64,000 bases of DNA, taken from NCBI GenBank assembly GCA_964016885.1, contig OZ024744.1:86862001-86926000 (forward strand). The letters run 5' to 3'. The notes under the pieces are model-generated. The model saw only the letters and a list, made by a program, of their open reading frames with translations. It was not told the origin of the DNA and did no database searches. Numbering within the stretch: position 1 is the stretch's first letter; each line of letters opens with the position of its first letter. Positions 39,092-53,994 of the stretch are shown here, piece after piece. The position numbers and the translations under genes are program-made. This stretch comes from Eledone cirrhosa. Taxonomy: Eukaryota.

Positions 39092-42000
39092 TCTCTATAT
39101 ATGTAAAACGGTAGATGTCTGTCTGTGTGTGTGTATGATTTTTATGCATTTCCACATTTCTCTACAGATTTTGATGATTTTCTTCCCAATGTGCTCCAAA
39201 TTTACAGGGCAGGTTAACGCGTAATTATTTTTGCAAAACTTTCCCTGCTTCTATGAAAAAAAATCGATAAAACTAAATACATGCTGTAACCCTCTCTCTT
39301 ATACGCTCCATCCTCTCACTACTACCATCAAAAATATATTAAACTACATACATGTTGCAACTCTCTTTAAAAGGTCATCCTTTCCTCTACTCCACTCTCA
39401 ATCTCCTCTGCAACTCTTTTTAAAAGGTTACTGCCTATCACCAATACAGTTTAAGGTTACCCTATCACCATTACAGTTTAGAACAACGACAAAACTTCTT
39501 TTGAAGGAACGCGACACAAACTTTGAAACCTAAGCAACACAACAACCATAACTTTACTCTCTCCGTCGCTCTTCCCTCTCTCTACAATAGATTATTCCCC
39601 CTCTCTACAGTCATAACGACACTCATACATCAAATATCAAAATTTAAAAAGCCGAAAACACTAAATACTGTTCTATCAACGTTACATTTTACACACTTAC
39701 ATTTTACATCAAATAACAAATATTCAAAAGCGACAGATGAATTTATAAAACAACAAACGTAACAATAACGACGCTTAAGCATTTATTTACATGATTCTCA
39801 ACAAAGACATTATATTTTATTGTTGTCCTATTTGTAATTTTCTTTCTTTGTTTATGAGACAAAAAATTAATGAGAAAACTTTTTTCACGGGATTCTATTC
39901 AAAGTCGGGAAAATTATTGCTTTTGGTCAGGAGAAGGTCATGAAGCAAAAAAATGTCAAATCAATCAACAAATAGGGCAAAAATCGATCATGATCATTCC
40001 CCCTCTCTATAATTTAACTGCTTTACTCTCTCTGTCGCTCTTCACTCCCTATATGACAACACTGCAGAGCGAGAAACAATGAATATGATCAAATGGAGCG
40101 TTCCGTATATTCCCGCTCTCTATAATTTAACTGCTTTACTCTCTCTGTCGCTCTTCACTCCTGTATGACAACACTGCAGTGGAGCGTTCCGTATTGAGCG
40201 TTCCGTATTGACATACGGCTTATCTGGGGCATTTTCAATCGGCTTATTGCAAATAACAACCCGCAAAATAACACTTCATATAACAGATTAATGCTATAGA
40301 CATATGAATAGGAATGTAACTCGTGAACTTTTTCCTGGGAAAAATTATTCGAACAGACATGACCTCATTGCCAGAGTGTTCAGACTGAAACTGGCTAAAC
40401 TCATGGCTTTAATCAAAAAGGTCAGGTATTTGGAGCTGTAAAATGTGACCTATTCACCGTCGAATGGCAAAAACGAGGGCTGCCACATGCTCACATTTTG
40501 ATTTGGTTAGGTGATAAAATCAATTCAAATGCCATAGACAGCTTCATTTCGGCTGAAATCCCTAACCCAGCAACTGACCAGGAATTACATGACATCGTCA
40601 AAGCTAACATGGTCCGTGTGCGTCGGGTCCTAATGAGCATCACACGTGTCTGAAAGATGGGGGGGGGGGTCATGCAGTAAGGGACACCCCAAAAAGTTTG
40701 TTGACCAGACTCAGACTGGTGGCGACGGGTATCCTTGTACAGGCGGAGAGGCCCGAGAACGGTGACTTCACTACAACAGTAAGGAGAGGTCAAGTCGACA
40801 ATAGATGGGTGTTCCCTTACTGCCCGCTTCTCTTGAAGATGTTCAACGCCCACATCAACGTTGAATTTTGCAACTCCGTCAAGTCGATAAAATACATATG
40901 CAAATATGCAAATAAGGGCTCTGATGCCGCAATGTTCGCATTTCAAGCTGAAAATAGCAGGGACGAGGTCACAGAATACCTGGCGGGGCGGTACATCAGT
41001 AGCAATGAAGGTTTTTGGCGCCTATTTGGTTTACCCCTACACCAACGTCACACAGCCATCGTACAGCGTGCAGTGCATTTGGAAAATGGTCAAAGGGTTT
41101 ACTTTACGGACCAAACCGCCGTCAAGTTGGCCGCCGATCCGAAAGACACCACTCTGACGCGTTTCTTCAAACTTTGCCAGTTCGATACATTTGCGCAAAC
41201 AATTGTGTACTCCTAGGTTCCATCCTACTTTATATGGTCGAAAAACACATGGGTGCGAAGAAAGTCAGGTCAGGCTGCTGAAAGACATCCTGGTGTAAAA
41301 TTTGACAGCTGTCATGGAAGGGTTTACAATGTGCCCCCAAGTCAACATGAGTGCTTTCATCTCCGCCTTCTTCTGCATCAAGTTGTAGGCCCACAAAGTT
41401 TTCAGGACCTCAAAACTGTTGATGCAGAAATAAGTGATACGTACCGGGAAGCCTGCTTTAAGCGTGGTCTTTTGGAAGATGATTCGCAATGGGATTCCAC
41501 TTTAGCAGAGGGTGCTTTGTTGAAACCACCTAAAGGTCTACGGCAACTCTTTGTCATTTTGCTTCAAAAGTGTGAATTGGGTGATCCCAAATCTTTATGG
41601 GTCAAGTACAGAGACTTTTCATGTCTGAGGACTTCCTGCGCCTGGCTCATCTGCAGTATATTTCAGTGGAAGTTGTTTACAGCGACATTATCTACAACAG
41701 GGCACTCATTGATATCGAGGACGCCCTCCTCGACATGGGTGGGAGTGAGTTGGCGACGTATGGCTTGTAGTCAACCGTCAGAGAGGAAGCTAACACGTTG
41801 GCCCCGGATTTGTTGCGGGAAACAGCATGACATCGAATCTCGTTCCCAATACTTAGAGGAAAATGAGCCCAAACTTCTGTCGGACCAAAGGTTGGCTTAT
41901 TTAACTATCATTGACGCGGTTCAAAATCAGACTGGGGGTATTTACTTTTTTGATGCTCCTGGGGGTACTGGAAAAACTTATGTACCGAAATTGATTCTCG

Positions 42001-43514
42001 CTAAGAAAACAAATTGCGTCGGCCGTTGCATCATCCGGGATCGCTGCAGGACAGCACATTCAGCCTTTAAACTCCCCTTGGGTTTAGTAAAAACTGAGAC
42101 ACCAACATGCAATATCAGCAAGAGTTCACACGAAGCTCTGGTTCTCAAAAAATGTTGCGTCATTGTTTGGGATAGTGCAAAATGGCACACAAAGGTACCC
42201 TTGAGGCATTGGACAGCACCCGGAAAGACATTGGGGATTCTACGGCTCCTATGGGTGGCGTGACCCTTCTGCCATCAGGGGATATTCGGCAAACCTTGCC
42301 TGTCATCTCCAAAGGGACAAGAGCTGATGAAGTGCGTGCCTGCCTTAAGTCGTCCATGTTGTGACTCCAGGTGAAGAATTTGTACCTGAGTACAAATATG
42401 CGCGCTGATTTGCATGGTGACAACATGTGTGCAGCATTTACTCAGAATATTTTAGTACTTGGTGAGGGCAAGGTCCCTGCGGATGACAAGGGCGGCATAA
42501 TAATCGACTCCCTGTACAACATTGTGAGCAGCCCTTCTGACCTTCGGGAAGCAGTTTTTCCTAATGTCTCATCTAACTTTAAAAACTTCGATTGGCTCAG
42601 CGAAAGAGCCATCCTTGCTCCGAAAAATACCATGGTTAATTTTATTAACGAGCAGCTGATTGAGAAGATTCCCGGTAAAGAACACATCTTCAAATCTATC
42701 GACCGGACGTCAGACCCCGGCGATATCGTTAATTATCCGGTTGAGTTATTAAATTCCCTTGAGCGCCCAGGGCTTCCACCTCACATTCTTAAACTTAGGG
42801 TTGACTGTCCCATTATGCTAATAAGGAACTTGCGTCCACCAAAGCAGTGCAACGGTACTCGCATGGTCGTCAAGTCACTGACGCCCCACTTGATTGAGGC
42901 CTCCATTGTAACGGGGTGCGGGAGAGGGAAGAATGTTTTCATTCCAAGGATGAACCTTTTCCCCTCGGCGTCAAATATCCCGTTCGATTTCCGGCGATCA
43001 CAATTCCCGAGGAGACCATGTTTTGCCATGTCCATTAACAAGTCACAAGGGCAAGCACTGTCGGTGGCGGGCATCCATTTGGGGGAGCCATGCTTCTCCC
43101 ATGGCCAACTTTATGTTGCCTGTTCCCGCGTAGGGAGCAGGAATGGACTTTTTGCTTACACTCCTCAAGGGATGACACGCAATATCGTCTACAAAGAGGT
43201 GCTATAGATGTTGGTGCAGGTGTTGGAGGTGTTGGAGCTATGCCATCTGGAAAACTGGCAAGGTCACCCATAGCGGACAGATCTGATACCCACCGGCATC
43301 AGGGCCACCATCTTGCAACTACTAAATTCGCTATTGGAAGATTATTAACCTATCTTTGATTATCCAAAATGCTAATTGGTTCGTAACTATTAATAACCGG
43401 TTCAACTGCTTTATGCACTAATTGATAACCTTATGCGCGTTCAAGCTACATTTACCTGTATATAACTTTTCATAGCAAATGAACAAACCCGAGCAACGCC
43501 GGGCTAAACTGCTA

Positions 43515-43515
<1 letters not shown>
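39092..43515 (+). mobile_element. Helitron with Rep and PIF1 helicase pseudogene, both termini present
   Basis: 5' A|TCTCTATATATGTAAAA. Rep motifs RHDLIARVF and VEWQKRGLPHAHILIW; helicase DAPGGTGKT, GDIRQTLPV, CNGTR, FAMSINKSQGQ, FSHGQLYVACSRV (stop 43207). 3' hairpin CCCGAGCAACGCCGGG then CTAG|T. N-terminal coding region apparently deleted. Confidence 0.92.
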
Positions 43516-43559
<44 letters not shown>

Positions 43560-43579
43560 TATATATATATATATATAAT

Positions 43580-43725
43580 AAGGAAGTGTGGTAAGGAACC
43601 AGGTGGACCATAACGCACCAGAGTACTCGATACTTTGAGTAGTAGAGTGGGTAATAGGAAAAGGAGTCCAGAAATAGCCGTCGAAACGGCTTGAGCTCTG
43701 CCGTTGGGGTCCTGAACCTTTCCTA
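43580..43725. mobile_element. GTGGTAAGGAACC family copy 3, left arm mostly deleted
   Basis: Same leader; retains TAGCCGTCGAAACGGCTTGAGCTCTGCCG. Confidence 0.7.
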
Positions 43726-43843
43726 TATATATATATATATATTGCATAAAATGGAAAACAATTCTCAACCCCAGTTAGATACGAGTCATATCACACCATA
43801 CTCAGATTCATTTAAAACGTATTATATATATATTTGTGTGTGT

Positions 43844-44060
43844 GGGACCTGAGTGCTACTGGTAACATGTAAACCAGTACAACCTGTCGCATGGTCGGGT
43901 CGTCGGCGACTAAAGTAGCAACCCCACCAAGTTTACTTGGTGAGGAGGGTGATTGTGGACACACTGCAGGACAAAAAACAAAACCTGACAAAGGGCGGAA
44001 GGAGTGATAAGAGTCAACGGCCTTCCAAAAATGTGTAAATATGTATATACACATGTACAT
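43844..44060 (+). mobile_element. 5' half of a non-autonomous RTE-derived element
   Basis: Homologous to 55044-55230 and 56902-57120. Confidence 0.75.
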
Positions 44061-44089
44061 GTGTATGTGTATGTATATACGTGTGTATA

Positions 44090-47000
44090 TGCCTGGGGTG
44101 TCAGGGAGGGGCATGTACCTCTGTAGCGGAGGCTAGCCATGTCCTTTTCAGGACAGCTCGTCCTGCATTGGGTCCCACCTGACACTCAGCTCTCACCTGT
44201 GGCCCCAAGAAGCTGTATCACGCGACAGCGGCCACACCCTGGTAAACCGCCTTGGCTGGCGGGCCGAACCAGGTTGAGGGTAGCCGGACAGCTCTGAAAA
44301 CACCCGGTGAGTTAGATAGGGGATGCTTGCCCCTGCATGCGAAGACTGGAACGAGCGGAGGGAGTGGAGGAGGATAACTTCGCCCCAAGAATCACGAAGG
44401 TTTGCGACAGCAAGCGGTGTGGAGCGCTAGGGCACGGCAAGGCACTACAGACGTGGCCATCCACTGCAGCCAAGGAAGTCCCTGGTCGTGACGGTCCTCC
44501 GTATCGCCGGATTCTGACTTCTGGGGTCGAGTGAGTGGGACCGTCACTGTGCACTGGCCCTCCCACTATAAACCTTTCCCGCACAGGTTTCTTCTTTAGC
44601 AAGCACTCCCAAAACCTTGCGGCGATGGGCGAGAGTCGGAGGTAACAGGTGGAGGTAACCTCTGAGAGTTGCCAGTTTCAAACCCGCACGTGGGTGGCCT
44701 GGATGCGCAAGTCGTTCTCCTCCTGACCCTGGGATGACAGAGGAGATCAGGCCTTCCACCGGGCGACTGAGCAGCCCTTTTCAGGGGAGATCTGCTCACC
44801 CTCGCACGAGGGGAGAGGCGAGAAAAGGAGCCCTAACCAAATGCTCGTCCCACACAACGCGGCCAGTCTACCGCGGCTGGCGGTTTTACCCTTGCAAGCG
44901 CTCGAAACCAACATAATAGAAAGAAGAACTTGATTCTTAGCGCATGGAATGTGCGCACCCTCATGGATAGGGAAACCTCATTGAGGCCAGAGGGAAGAAC
45001 TGCCCTCATAGCGAGGGAATTAGCTCGCTACCGGATCGACATAGCCGCGTTCAGAGAGAATAGACCCGCCGAAGAAGTATCAGTAGCAGTACCGAAAGGA
45101 GGCTACACCTTCTTATGGAAGGGAATCCCAAGGACGAGGACAGAATCCACGGGGTAGGCCTGGCCATCAGGACTTCGCCCTGCAAGCAGTTACCAGACCT
45201 CTCGACACCTGTGAGTGAGCGTCTGATGAAGGTCCGCTTCCCCCTCGACCCATCTCGGCATGTCACAGTCATCAGCGCGTATACGCCCCCACTGTCACCA
45301 GCAGCGATGAAGCAAAGGACGCTTCCTACGGGGAACTCAACGCACGTGAAGGGCGTCCCCCAAGTGATAAACTCATCCTACTGGGGGACTTCAACGCAGG
45401 AGTCGGGCCTGACAGCAGCAACTGGAAAAGCGTGATGGGACCTCACGGTAGAGGGAAGCTGAACTATAACGGCCTCATACTGTTGAGTTTCTGCGCCTGA
45501 AGGACCTCACCATCACTAGCACACTGGTCCACCAGGCAGACAAGTTCAAGACGACATGGATGCATCCCAGATCCAAACAGTGGCTTCTCATTGATTTTGC
45601 CATACGCCGCAGGAGGGACATCGCTGACGTCAGAATCACAAAGGCCATGTGTGGTGCAGAGTGTTGGGCCGACCATCGCCTTGTCAGGACCCTCCTGTCA
45701 CTGCACCACTGACCGGACACCCAACTCAACAGTGTGACCAGTTCAGGTCGCTGGTGACAGAGTCAGCCAAGGCAACCATCGGGCCGAGGAAGAGAGTCCA
45801 CCAGACCTGGTTTGATGAAAACGATGAGCGCATCAGACAATTCCTGGACGAGAAGAGGAGGGCTTTCATTGAGTGGCAGAATGACAGCTCCTCCGCCTCG
45901 AAGCGCGACCGCTTCAAGCACCTCCAGTGACAGACCCAAGCAGCGCTACGCAGAATGCAGGACAAGTGGTGGGAGAAGAAGGCCGAAGAAGTCGAGAGAT
46001 ACGCTGACACAAATAACTCCAAGATTTTCTTCAGCGGCATCGGGGACGTCTACGGACCCCCCTCCCCAAGCCTGTCACCACACCGCTGCTGTCTGCTAAC
46101 GGCTCGATCCTGGTGAAGGAGAAGAGCAGCATCAACTCGAGGTTGAGAGAGCACTTCAGTAACCGCTCAACAGGCCCTCCACTGTCGACCTTGCCGCCCT
46201 CGACCAGGTCCCACAGAAGCCCGTAGTCGGCAGCCTCGACCTCCTCCTCCCCACGATGGATGAAGTCACGAAGGCAATCAACCAGACCAGCTCAGGAAAG
46301 GGCCCTGGGAAGGACGGGATTTCTTCCGAGATCTTCAAGTCGGCCGGTCCAGCTGCCCTGGTGGCCTTCCACACCCCCTCGTCAGCATATGGGAGGAAGA
46401 AGAGGTGCCCAAAGACTTCAGGGATGCCACAGTTGTCTCGCTTTTTAAGAACAAAGGCAGCAAAACTGACTGTGGCAACTATCGGGGCATTTCTCTCCTG
46501 TCCATCGCTGGGAAGGTCCTGGCTCGGGTAATTCAACCTCATTACCAACATCTCGGAGGAAAACCTGTCTGAGGCCCACTGTGGGTTCCACCCAAACCGC
46601 AGCACGATCGACATGATCTTCTCTATACGCCAGGTGCAGGAGAAGTGTGTCGAGCAGAATATTGGACCTCTTTGCCGTCTTCATAGACTTGACGAAGGCA
46701 TTCGACACTGTCAACAGGGAATCCCTCTGGTCCATCTTGTCGAAGTTTGGATACCCGACATAGTTTGTGAAACCTGAAACGGCAATTCCATGATGACATG
46801 ACCGGGAAGGTTCGTTCGGTCGGAGAGGCATCGGAGCCGTTCGGAATCACCAACGGCGTCAAGCAAGGATGCGTGCTGGCTCCCGTCCTCTTCAACCTGT
46901 TCTTCACCTGCGTGCTCAATCATGCCGCCAGGGACCTCGAGCACGGAGTGTATCTGCGATACAGACTGGACGGCTCCCTGTTTGACCTGCGGCGCTTGAC

Positions 47001-48015
47001 GGCCAAGACAAGGACCGTGTAGAGGATCATCCTGGAGGCACTTTTTGCTGACGACTGTGCCCTCATGACCCACAGGGAGTCTGACCTCCAACTCATCGTC
47101 AACAAGTTCGCGGAGGCCTCCTGCCTCTTCAGTCTCACAATTAGCCTTGGCAAGACTGAGGTCCTGTGTCAGCCTGCACCTGCCTCCGTCACCCACCCTC
47201 CTTCCATCTCCATCGGAGGAACCCAGCTAAAGACTTTGGACAACTTCAAGTACCTCGGCAGTGTCATCAGCAGCGATGGAAGCCTCGAGATTAAATGCCA
47301 CAATCTGCAAGGCCGCATGAGGACACGCGTCCTGAACCAGCACAACATCAGGCAGTCCACCAAGCTCAAGGTGTACAGGGCCGTTGTTCTCACCAGCCTC
47401 CTCTACGGATGTGAGACATGGACCCTGTACAGAAGGCACCTGAAGCAGCTGGAACGGTTCCACATGCACAGCCTGCGGTCAATCATGAACATCAAATAGC
47501 AGGTCAGGGTCTCCAACATCGAAATTCTTGACATGGCTGAGACAACCAGTGTCGAAGCTATGATACTGAAGAGCCGACTTCCATGGGTGGGACATGTCAT
47601 CCGGATGGACGGCTTCCGAAGGAACTGATGTATGGGGAACTCTGTTCGGGGAAACGAAAGCGGGGCAGGCCTCTCAAGAGGTTCAAAGACTGCGTGAAGT
47701 CCAGTATCAGCAACACTGGAATCGGGCTAAAACAACTCGAGACCCATGCTCAGGACAGGATTGAGTGGCGAGCCCTTTCCAGACGCGCCAAAGACTCTTT
47801 TGAAGAGAAAAGACAGGCAGAGGTCCCTGAGGCCCGTGAAAAGAGAAGAAAGGCATCAACAGCTGCACCAAGCGACTCCGGTCTCTTCCCCTGCCCCCAG
47901 TGTCCCCGGACCTGCAAGTCAAGGATCGGCCTCCACAGCCACCTTCGTGCCCACGGCAGACGGGAACTAAAGTAAAGAAGATGTCATCATTGTTTACGAT
48001 GGACAACCAAGATAT
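44090..48015 (+). mobile_element. Near full-length RTE (BovB-like) LINE, frameshifted, with an internal deletion ~45710
   Basis: ~850-bp 5' UTR; APE start ILSAWNVRTLMD; TTWMHPRSK.W..ID; NYRGISLLS; FIDLTKAFDTV; GVKQGCVLAPVLFNLFF; LFADD; FKYLGS; C2H2 CPQCPRTCKSRIGLHSHLRAH; RTE-type tail CATCAT..ACGATGGACAACCA. Confidence 0.93.
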
Positions 48016-48178
48016 ATATAGGTGTGTGTGTATGTGTGTGTGTGTACATATGTGTGCATATGATTTGGTTACATATTATTATAATGCTCGGTTTGTTTGT
48101 AAACAAACAGCCCGAATTATTAGCCGTATAGTGTTCGGCAACCATCGTTGCCCTTTTGTTCAACACTGAAAAAAGGAA

Positions 48179-48220
48179 CGATGAGCTCGTTTCTAGCTTA
48201 TTAGCTGTCATCAGCACCGT
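48179..48220 (-). ncRNA. Minimal type I hammerhead motif
   Basis: aCGGTG CTGATGA cAGCT-aata-AGCTa GAAAC gagcT CATCG: intact CUGAUGA/GAAA and stems I and II; stem III and cleavage site imperfect. Confidence 0.6.
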
Positions 48221-48554
48221 ATATCTTCCTGTCAGTTGATTGAACGTTTGAAAGTATATACTTTCCTTATGCATATTAACGGCTGAGTAGCCTAATTTGC
48301 ATATCGTGTGAGTTAGTCGGCCGGGTGTACCGAAAACGATAAATGGAAAAAATGAAATTTCATTTCTCACTCTTAGTACGGCTGATACTCAAATATAAGT
48401 ATGTAAACCCATACTATATATATATATTCGTGTGCATGTATGTATGAACATACATACTACTGTACGTCTGCATACATATATGTATGTACGTATACATACT
48501 TATATTATATATATATATATATACACATATATGTATATGCATGTATGTATGTAT

Positions 48555-48660
<106 letters not shown>

Positions 48661-48683
48661 ATACTTTGGGAGGGTCATGTTGC

Positions 48684-48719
<36 letters not shown>

Positions 48720-49011
48720 TATATACATACATATATATATATGTATATATATACATATATATATATATATATACTATAAAAGCTTCACGGCACAGGCATT
48801 GCTTTATATATAGAGATCTCTCTGCACTTGTCGTCACATGGTACCAAGGGCCCAGCACTGTGTGTCAATAATTGTCACAAGTGTAGTGTTAGTACCAGAG
48901 TTTTCAAGTCGCTGGCTGGACTAAAAAGTCAAACTCGTTCAGCGCATCGGTAGGGGTTCCTCCTACATGGATATAAAGTAGTGGCCGTACTCGAAAACGA
49001 GTTGGCAGTCA

Positions 49012-49066
<55 letters not shown>

Positions 49067-49519
49067 GGGGATTGAGGTGGGGAGAACGAGAGAAAGAGAG
49101 GGTTAAAGGGGAAGGCAGGAAAGACACATGAACTTATAGGGAGATGTTGAAGAGAAAAAATTCTGAAGTGACATCTGAACTGAATTTATATATGCTTAAC
49201 TGAGATTGATATATTTTAACATGAGACCTGTATTTATGAAAGCAAATCACCCTACAATATGTCCGCAAGTTAAGTACTTTCCTATTGTATGAGAGATTCC
49301 AAAGGGAAATAATCAATACAACAGGAAGAGAACAATCAGGTGCTAAGATGACAGAGAGAAGTGTTTAGATGGCACCTGACACCAGAATGTTGCCAGATGG
49401 GGAGAAAGAGAGATTATGTTTCGCTGAGAAATACACACACCCACAAAAATAAACGAATATACGCACATACTCAAGCAAATATTATATTCCTTACATATAT
49501 ATATATATCTATATCTATA

Positions 49520-50105
49520 TATATATTGTTATAGTTGGGGAGGGTCATATTGTTGTAATAATATTGCCAGAAATAATAACAGAACACACTCACTGTTTGG
49601 TTGGTTTTCGCTTCTGTATCTTTTATATCTCCATAGTTAATTTCTTTGGCCATGTTTATCACTGACTGACCAATGTTTATCACTGTTTATCACCAATGTT
49701 TATCACTGACTGACCAACGGTCAAACATACAGATATAAATACATATATATAGTATAACAAAGTTCTTTCGATGCACATCTGCAACATCATCAGTGGTACT
49801 ATTATCATGTTTCCCCCTACTGTATTGTATGTATTGTAATGCCTACGCCATTTTTATTTCATTTATTTATTTATTTATTTTTGTCTTCGTCTCTGCGCAT
49901 GCGTTTGCGTGTGTGTATAGTGTTTGGCGTGTGTGTTCGAGTTTGGGCGTATGTGTTTTAGTTATTTTATTCTATCTTAGTTTAGTAGTGTGTGTTTATA
50001 TGTGTTTGTTATTATTGTGCTCGTGTATATATTTATTTATTTATATTTCTCTTAAGTCAATATTTTTGTTTGGGTGTTGTTATTATTCCATTCATTTTTT
50101 TCTGT
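49520..50105 (-). mobile_element. Hammerhead-bearing non-coding element family H, copy 1 (HHR 49752-49803)
   Basis: Minus strand atagtacca CTGATGA tGTTGCA-gatg-TGCATC GAAAgaacTT. Body homologous to 53995-54780; terminal piece also at 48656-48690. Confidence 0.7.
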
Positions 50106-50255
50106 TTAGCTTTGGCTTTCTAAGCCCTATTTCGCCTGCTTCTCTGATTTGCCTACATGTTGCATCATTTCTACGTTTATATATTATTTCAATATCTATG
50201 TTGTCTATGTTACCGTCATGTTGTTGTCTGGCGTGTTCGTATATACATATATATT

Positions 50256-50563
50256 ATGATTTCTACCGAATGAAACATTTCTAGTCCTGTAGAAGCCTTT
50301 CTATATTAAATATTTATTATCTGCTTTGTATTGAATGTTTGAACTGGTACTGAACCGTTTTTTTGTTGTCCTTTTACTTCCCCTCGGTGTTGGTCTATTC
50401 TTTCTCCTATGCTTCGAGCTGTCTCACCTATATATAAGTTTATCCTGGGTTCAACCGGGGATAACCACAGTAAATAAGGTACTCAATACAAAGCAGATAA
50501 TAAATATTTAATATAGAAAGGCTTCTACAGGACTAGAAATGTTTCATTCGGTAGAAATCATCA
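50256..50563. mobile_element. Fold-back element with ~79-bp arms ending within a hammerhead core
   Basis: 50256-50334 is the reverse complement of 50483-50561. Outer ends read TGATGA-tTTC-tacc-GAAt-GAAAC; spacer contains the GTACTCAATAC motif shared with other Penelope ends. Confidence 0.75.
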
Positions 50564-50619
50564 TATATATGTATATATATATAGAGAATAAAAGAGAAAA
50601 AAATACAGGTAAGCAGCAT

Positions 50620-50714
<95 letters not shown>

Positions 50715-51216
50715 CGAGAGAGAGAGGGAGTGAGAGAGAGAGAGGGATATATTTATAATCCCGATAACGGCATGATGTGTGTGTGGGGGTTTTCTTGTGT
50801 GTGTGTGTGTGTGTGTGTGTGCTTGTGCATACGTATGTATGTGATCACGAGCCTGTGTATATGGAATTACTTGGCTTAATGATGAGTGTGTTTGTCTCAC
50901 GATTGTAAGATTATATGTTCTATATCGATATTTTGTTTCACATAGTCCCAGTAAATCAATGGCCCAATATTGTTACAAATTGTGTCATGCTGAATCTTTC
51001 TAAGAACTAAATTAATGTGTGATCTTGTCAATGGAATGTCCGGACACTTGTTAACTTCACAAGTAGATAATTTTCATTGGAAAAACAGGATCATTCGTCG
51101 TCGTAACCGAGGAAGATCCAGTATACACACACACACACACACATACACACACATACACACACATACAAACACACATACACACACCACACAATACACACAC
51201 AAACACACACACACAC

Positions 51217-51285
<69 letters not shown>

Positions 51286-51445
51286 TTAGAAACACACATA
51301 TACATGCGGACACACACATATACATGAATGCATCCGCACCCAACCGTGAGTTAAGGGTGCCAACTTCACCGATGTTGCTCAATGAATGACTGGGACAGAC
51401 CAATCCGGTTGAACTAGACTGAACCAGTATCAGAGTTAAAAATAG

Positions 51446-51910
51446 ATTATGAAGAGAGAAGAAACATAGATATAATTAGTAATAAAATGTATCATACCTA
51501 AACTGCTCCTAGATTCCTCGACTACGTAGTTTCGTGGCATAAACAAAAACAATACATCATAAAGATATAGAGTCCTTGCGAGGTCTGCTGACTTATCAAG
51601 AGGATACCTCATTTTACTAGTCTCAAGAACGCGTCTACACGACGTGAGAAAGAATCCCAAAAGGCGGAGGAGGAGATAGTCACGCGATATAACGGTCGAG
51701 AAACAGAGCTACGTCGTGTAGACGCGTTCTTGAGACTAGTAAAATGAGGTATCCTCTTGATAAGTCGGCAGACCTCGCAAGGACTCTATATCTTTATGAT
51801 GTATTGTTTTTGTTTATGCCACGAAACTACGTAGTCGAGGAATCTAGGAGCAGTTTAGGTATGATACATTTTATTAATAATTATATCTAAATGTTTCTTC
51901 TCTCTTCATA

Positions 51911-51912
<2 letters not shown>
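51446..51912. mobile_element. Fold-back element with ~200-bp arms, each containing a degenerate hammerhead
   Basis: 51446-51645 versus 51711-51912 near-perfect inverted repeat. + strand 51752-51841: TCCTC TTGATAA GTcGGCA..TGCCAC GAAA CTACGTAG TC GAGGA. Confidence 0.8.
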
Positions 51913-51978
<66 letters not shown>

Positions 51979-52049
51979 ATGGATAGATTCAGGACCTCGT
52001 TCGGTGAGCTCCAGCCGTTTCGACAGCTAGATCCGATGTTTATATATAT

Positions 52050-52984
<935 letters not shown>

Positions 52985-53082
52985 ATGTATATATATACAC
53001 ACACACCGATATATTTAACATCTCATCTGCTGCATAAATATACCATTGACATTTCTGTAATCAATAAAATTCGTTTTGTAGG

Positions 53083-53469
53083 TACTCTCTGGTTTTGAAT
53101 AATCGTACTCACCCTTCACCTGCGCTTATTAAATTTTGCGAATCTATCTCCCGCAAAATTATATTTTATATGGTAGCATACCTGTGACAATTAATTTTCT
53201 TCATACATTAAAAAACATTATACATGACAAAAAGAGAAAATTACTTGGGACTCCATAATCTATAAAATAAATAGGATAGGTTGGGGTGTCAATATGTAAA
53301 CTAAACTAATAATTCTGTTTTTTTTTAAAAAAGATACCGGAGACTACCTGAAAAATTTCCGAACCTCCACCTCCACCCCGCGTATATTAAAGACCCCCCC
53401 CACACACACACACACTTATTCCAATCACCCGTTTATTCGACCATCACTATTATTTCGGACCCTAGTGTA
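53083..53469. mobile_element. Old MITE with degenerate terminal inverted repeats and TA ends
   Basis: TACTCTCTGGTTTTGAATAATCGT versus reverse complement of the right end, TACACTAGGGTCCGAAATAATAGT. Confidence 0.45.
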
Positions 53470-53519
53470 TTTCTCAGCTAGCAGAGGTTTGTAGAGGAAC
53501 ACTTAACTATTTGCAAAAT

Positions 53520-53900
53520 CTCTGCTTTTTCCTTTGAGATTCAATGATCTCATCATGACGCTCTCTCTTGACTGGAAAACAATATCTCTCCAACAATAGC
53601 CACTTGTTACGCTCCAACCATGTCTACCCTTGATCAGGAAGCATGGGTTTTATAAGCAGCGTAGTGCAGTCATTTAAAAGATTCAACATCAGGACAAATG
53701 TGTTTTAATAGAGGACATAAATGCTCAGCCCGTATGATATGGGATGAATGACCTCAAATAGTCAATGTCTTCTTTCCCCTTTCAATGAATTTGACCTTGC
53801 AAACACCAACATATTCTACAAACAAACAAATACCCCACCAAATGTATTGAATGCATTTTGAGTCTATTTTCGAAATAGATTAACTATATTAGAATTGTTA
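53520..53900 (+). mobile_element. Ancient RTE APE-domain remnant
   Basis: IATCYAPTM...E..FYKQ-like and TN.F-like fragments across frameshifts. Confidence 0.45.
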
Positions 53901-53994
53901 AGTCGAACATCTGGGCTGTAATTTTCTTTCAGTTGAGGAAACAGCTCTACAATATTTGTTTCTACAATAGGCACAAGACCAGCAATTATCTCAG

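Noticed and set aside
42371-43207. PIF1 helicase ORF as a host gene
   Set aside because: Intronless, joined to a Helitron Rep and bounded by Helitron termini.
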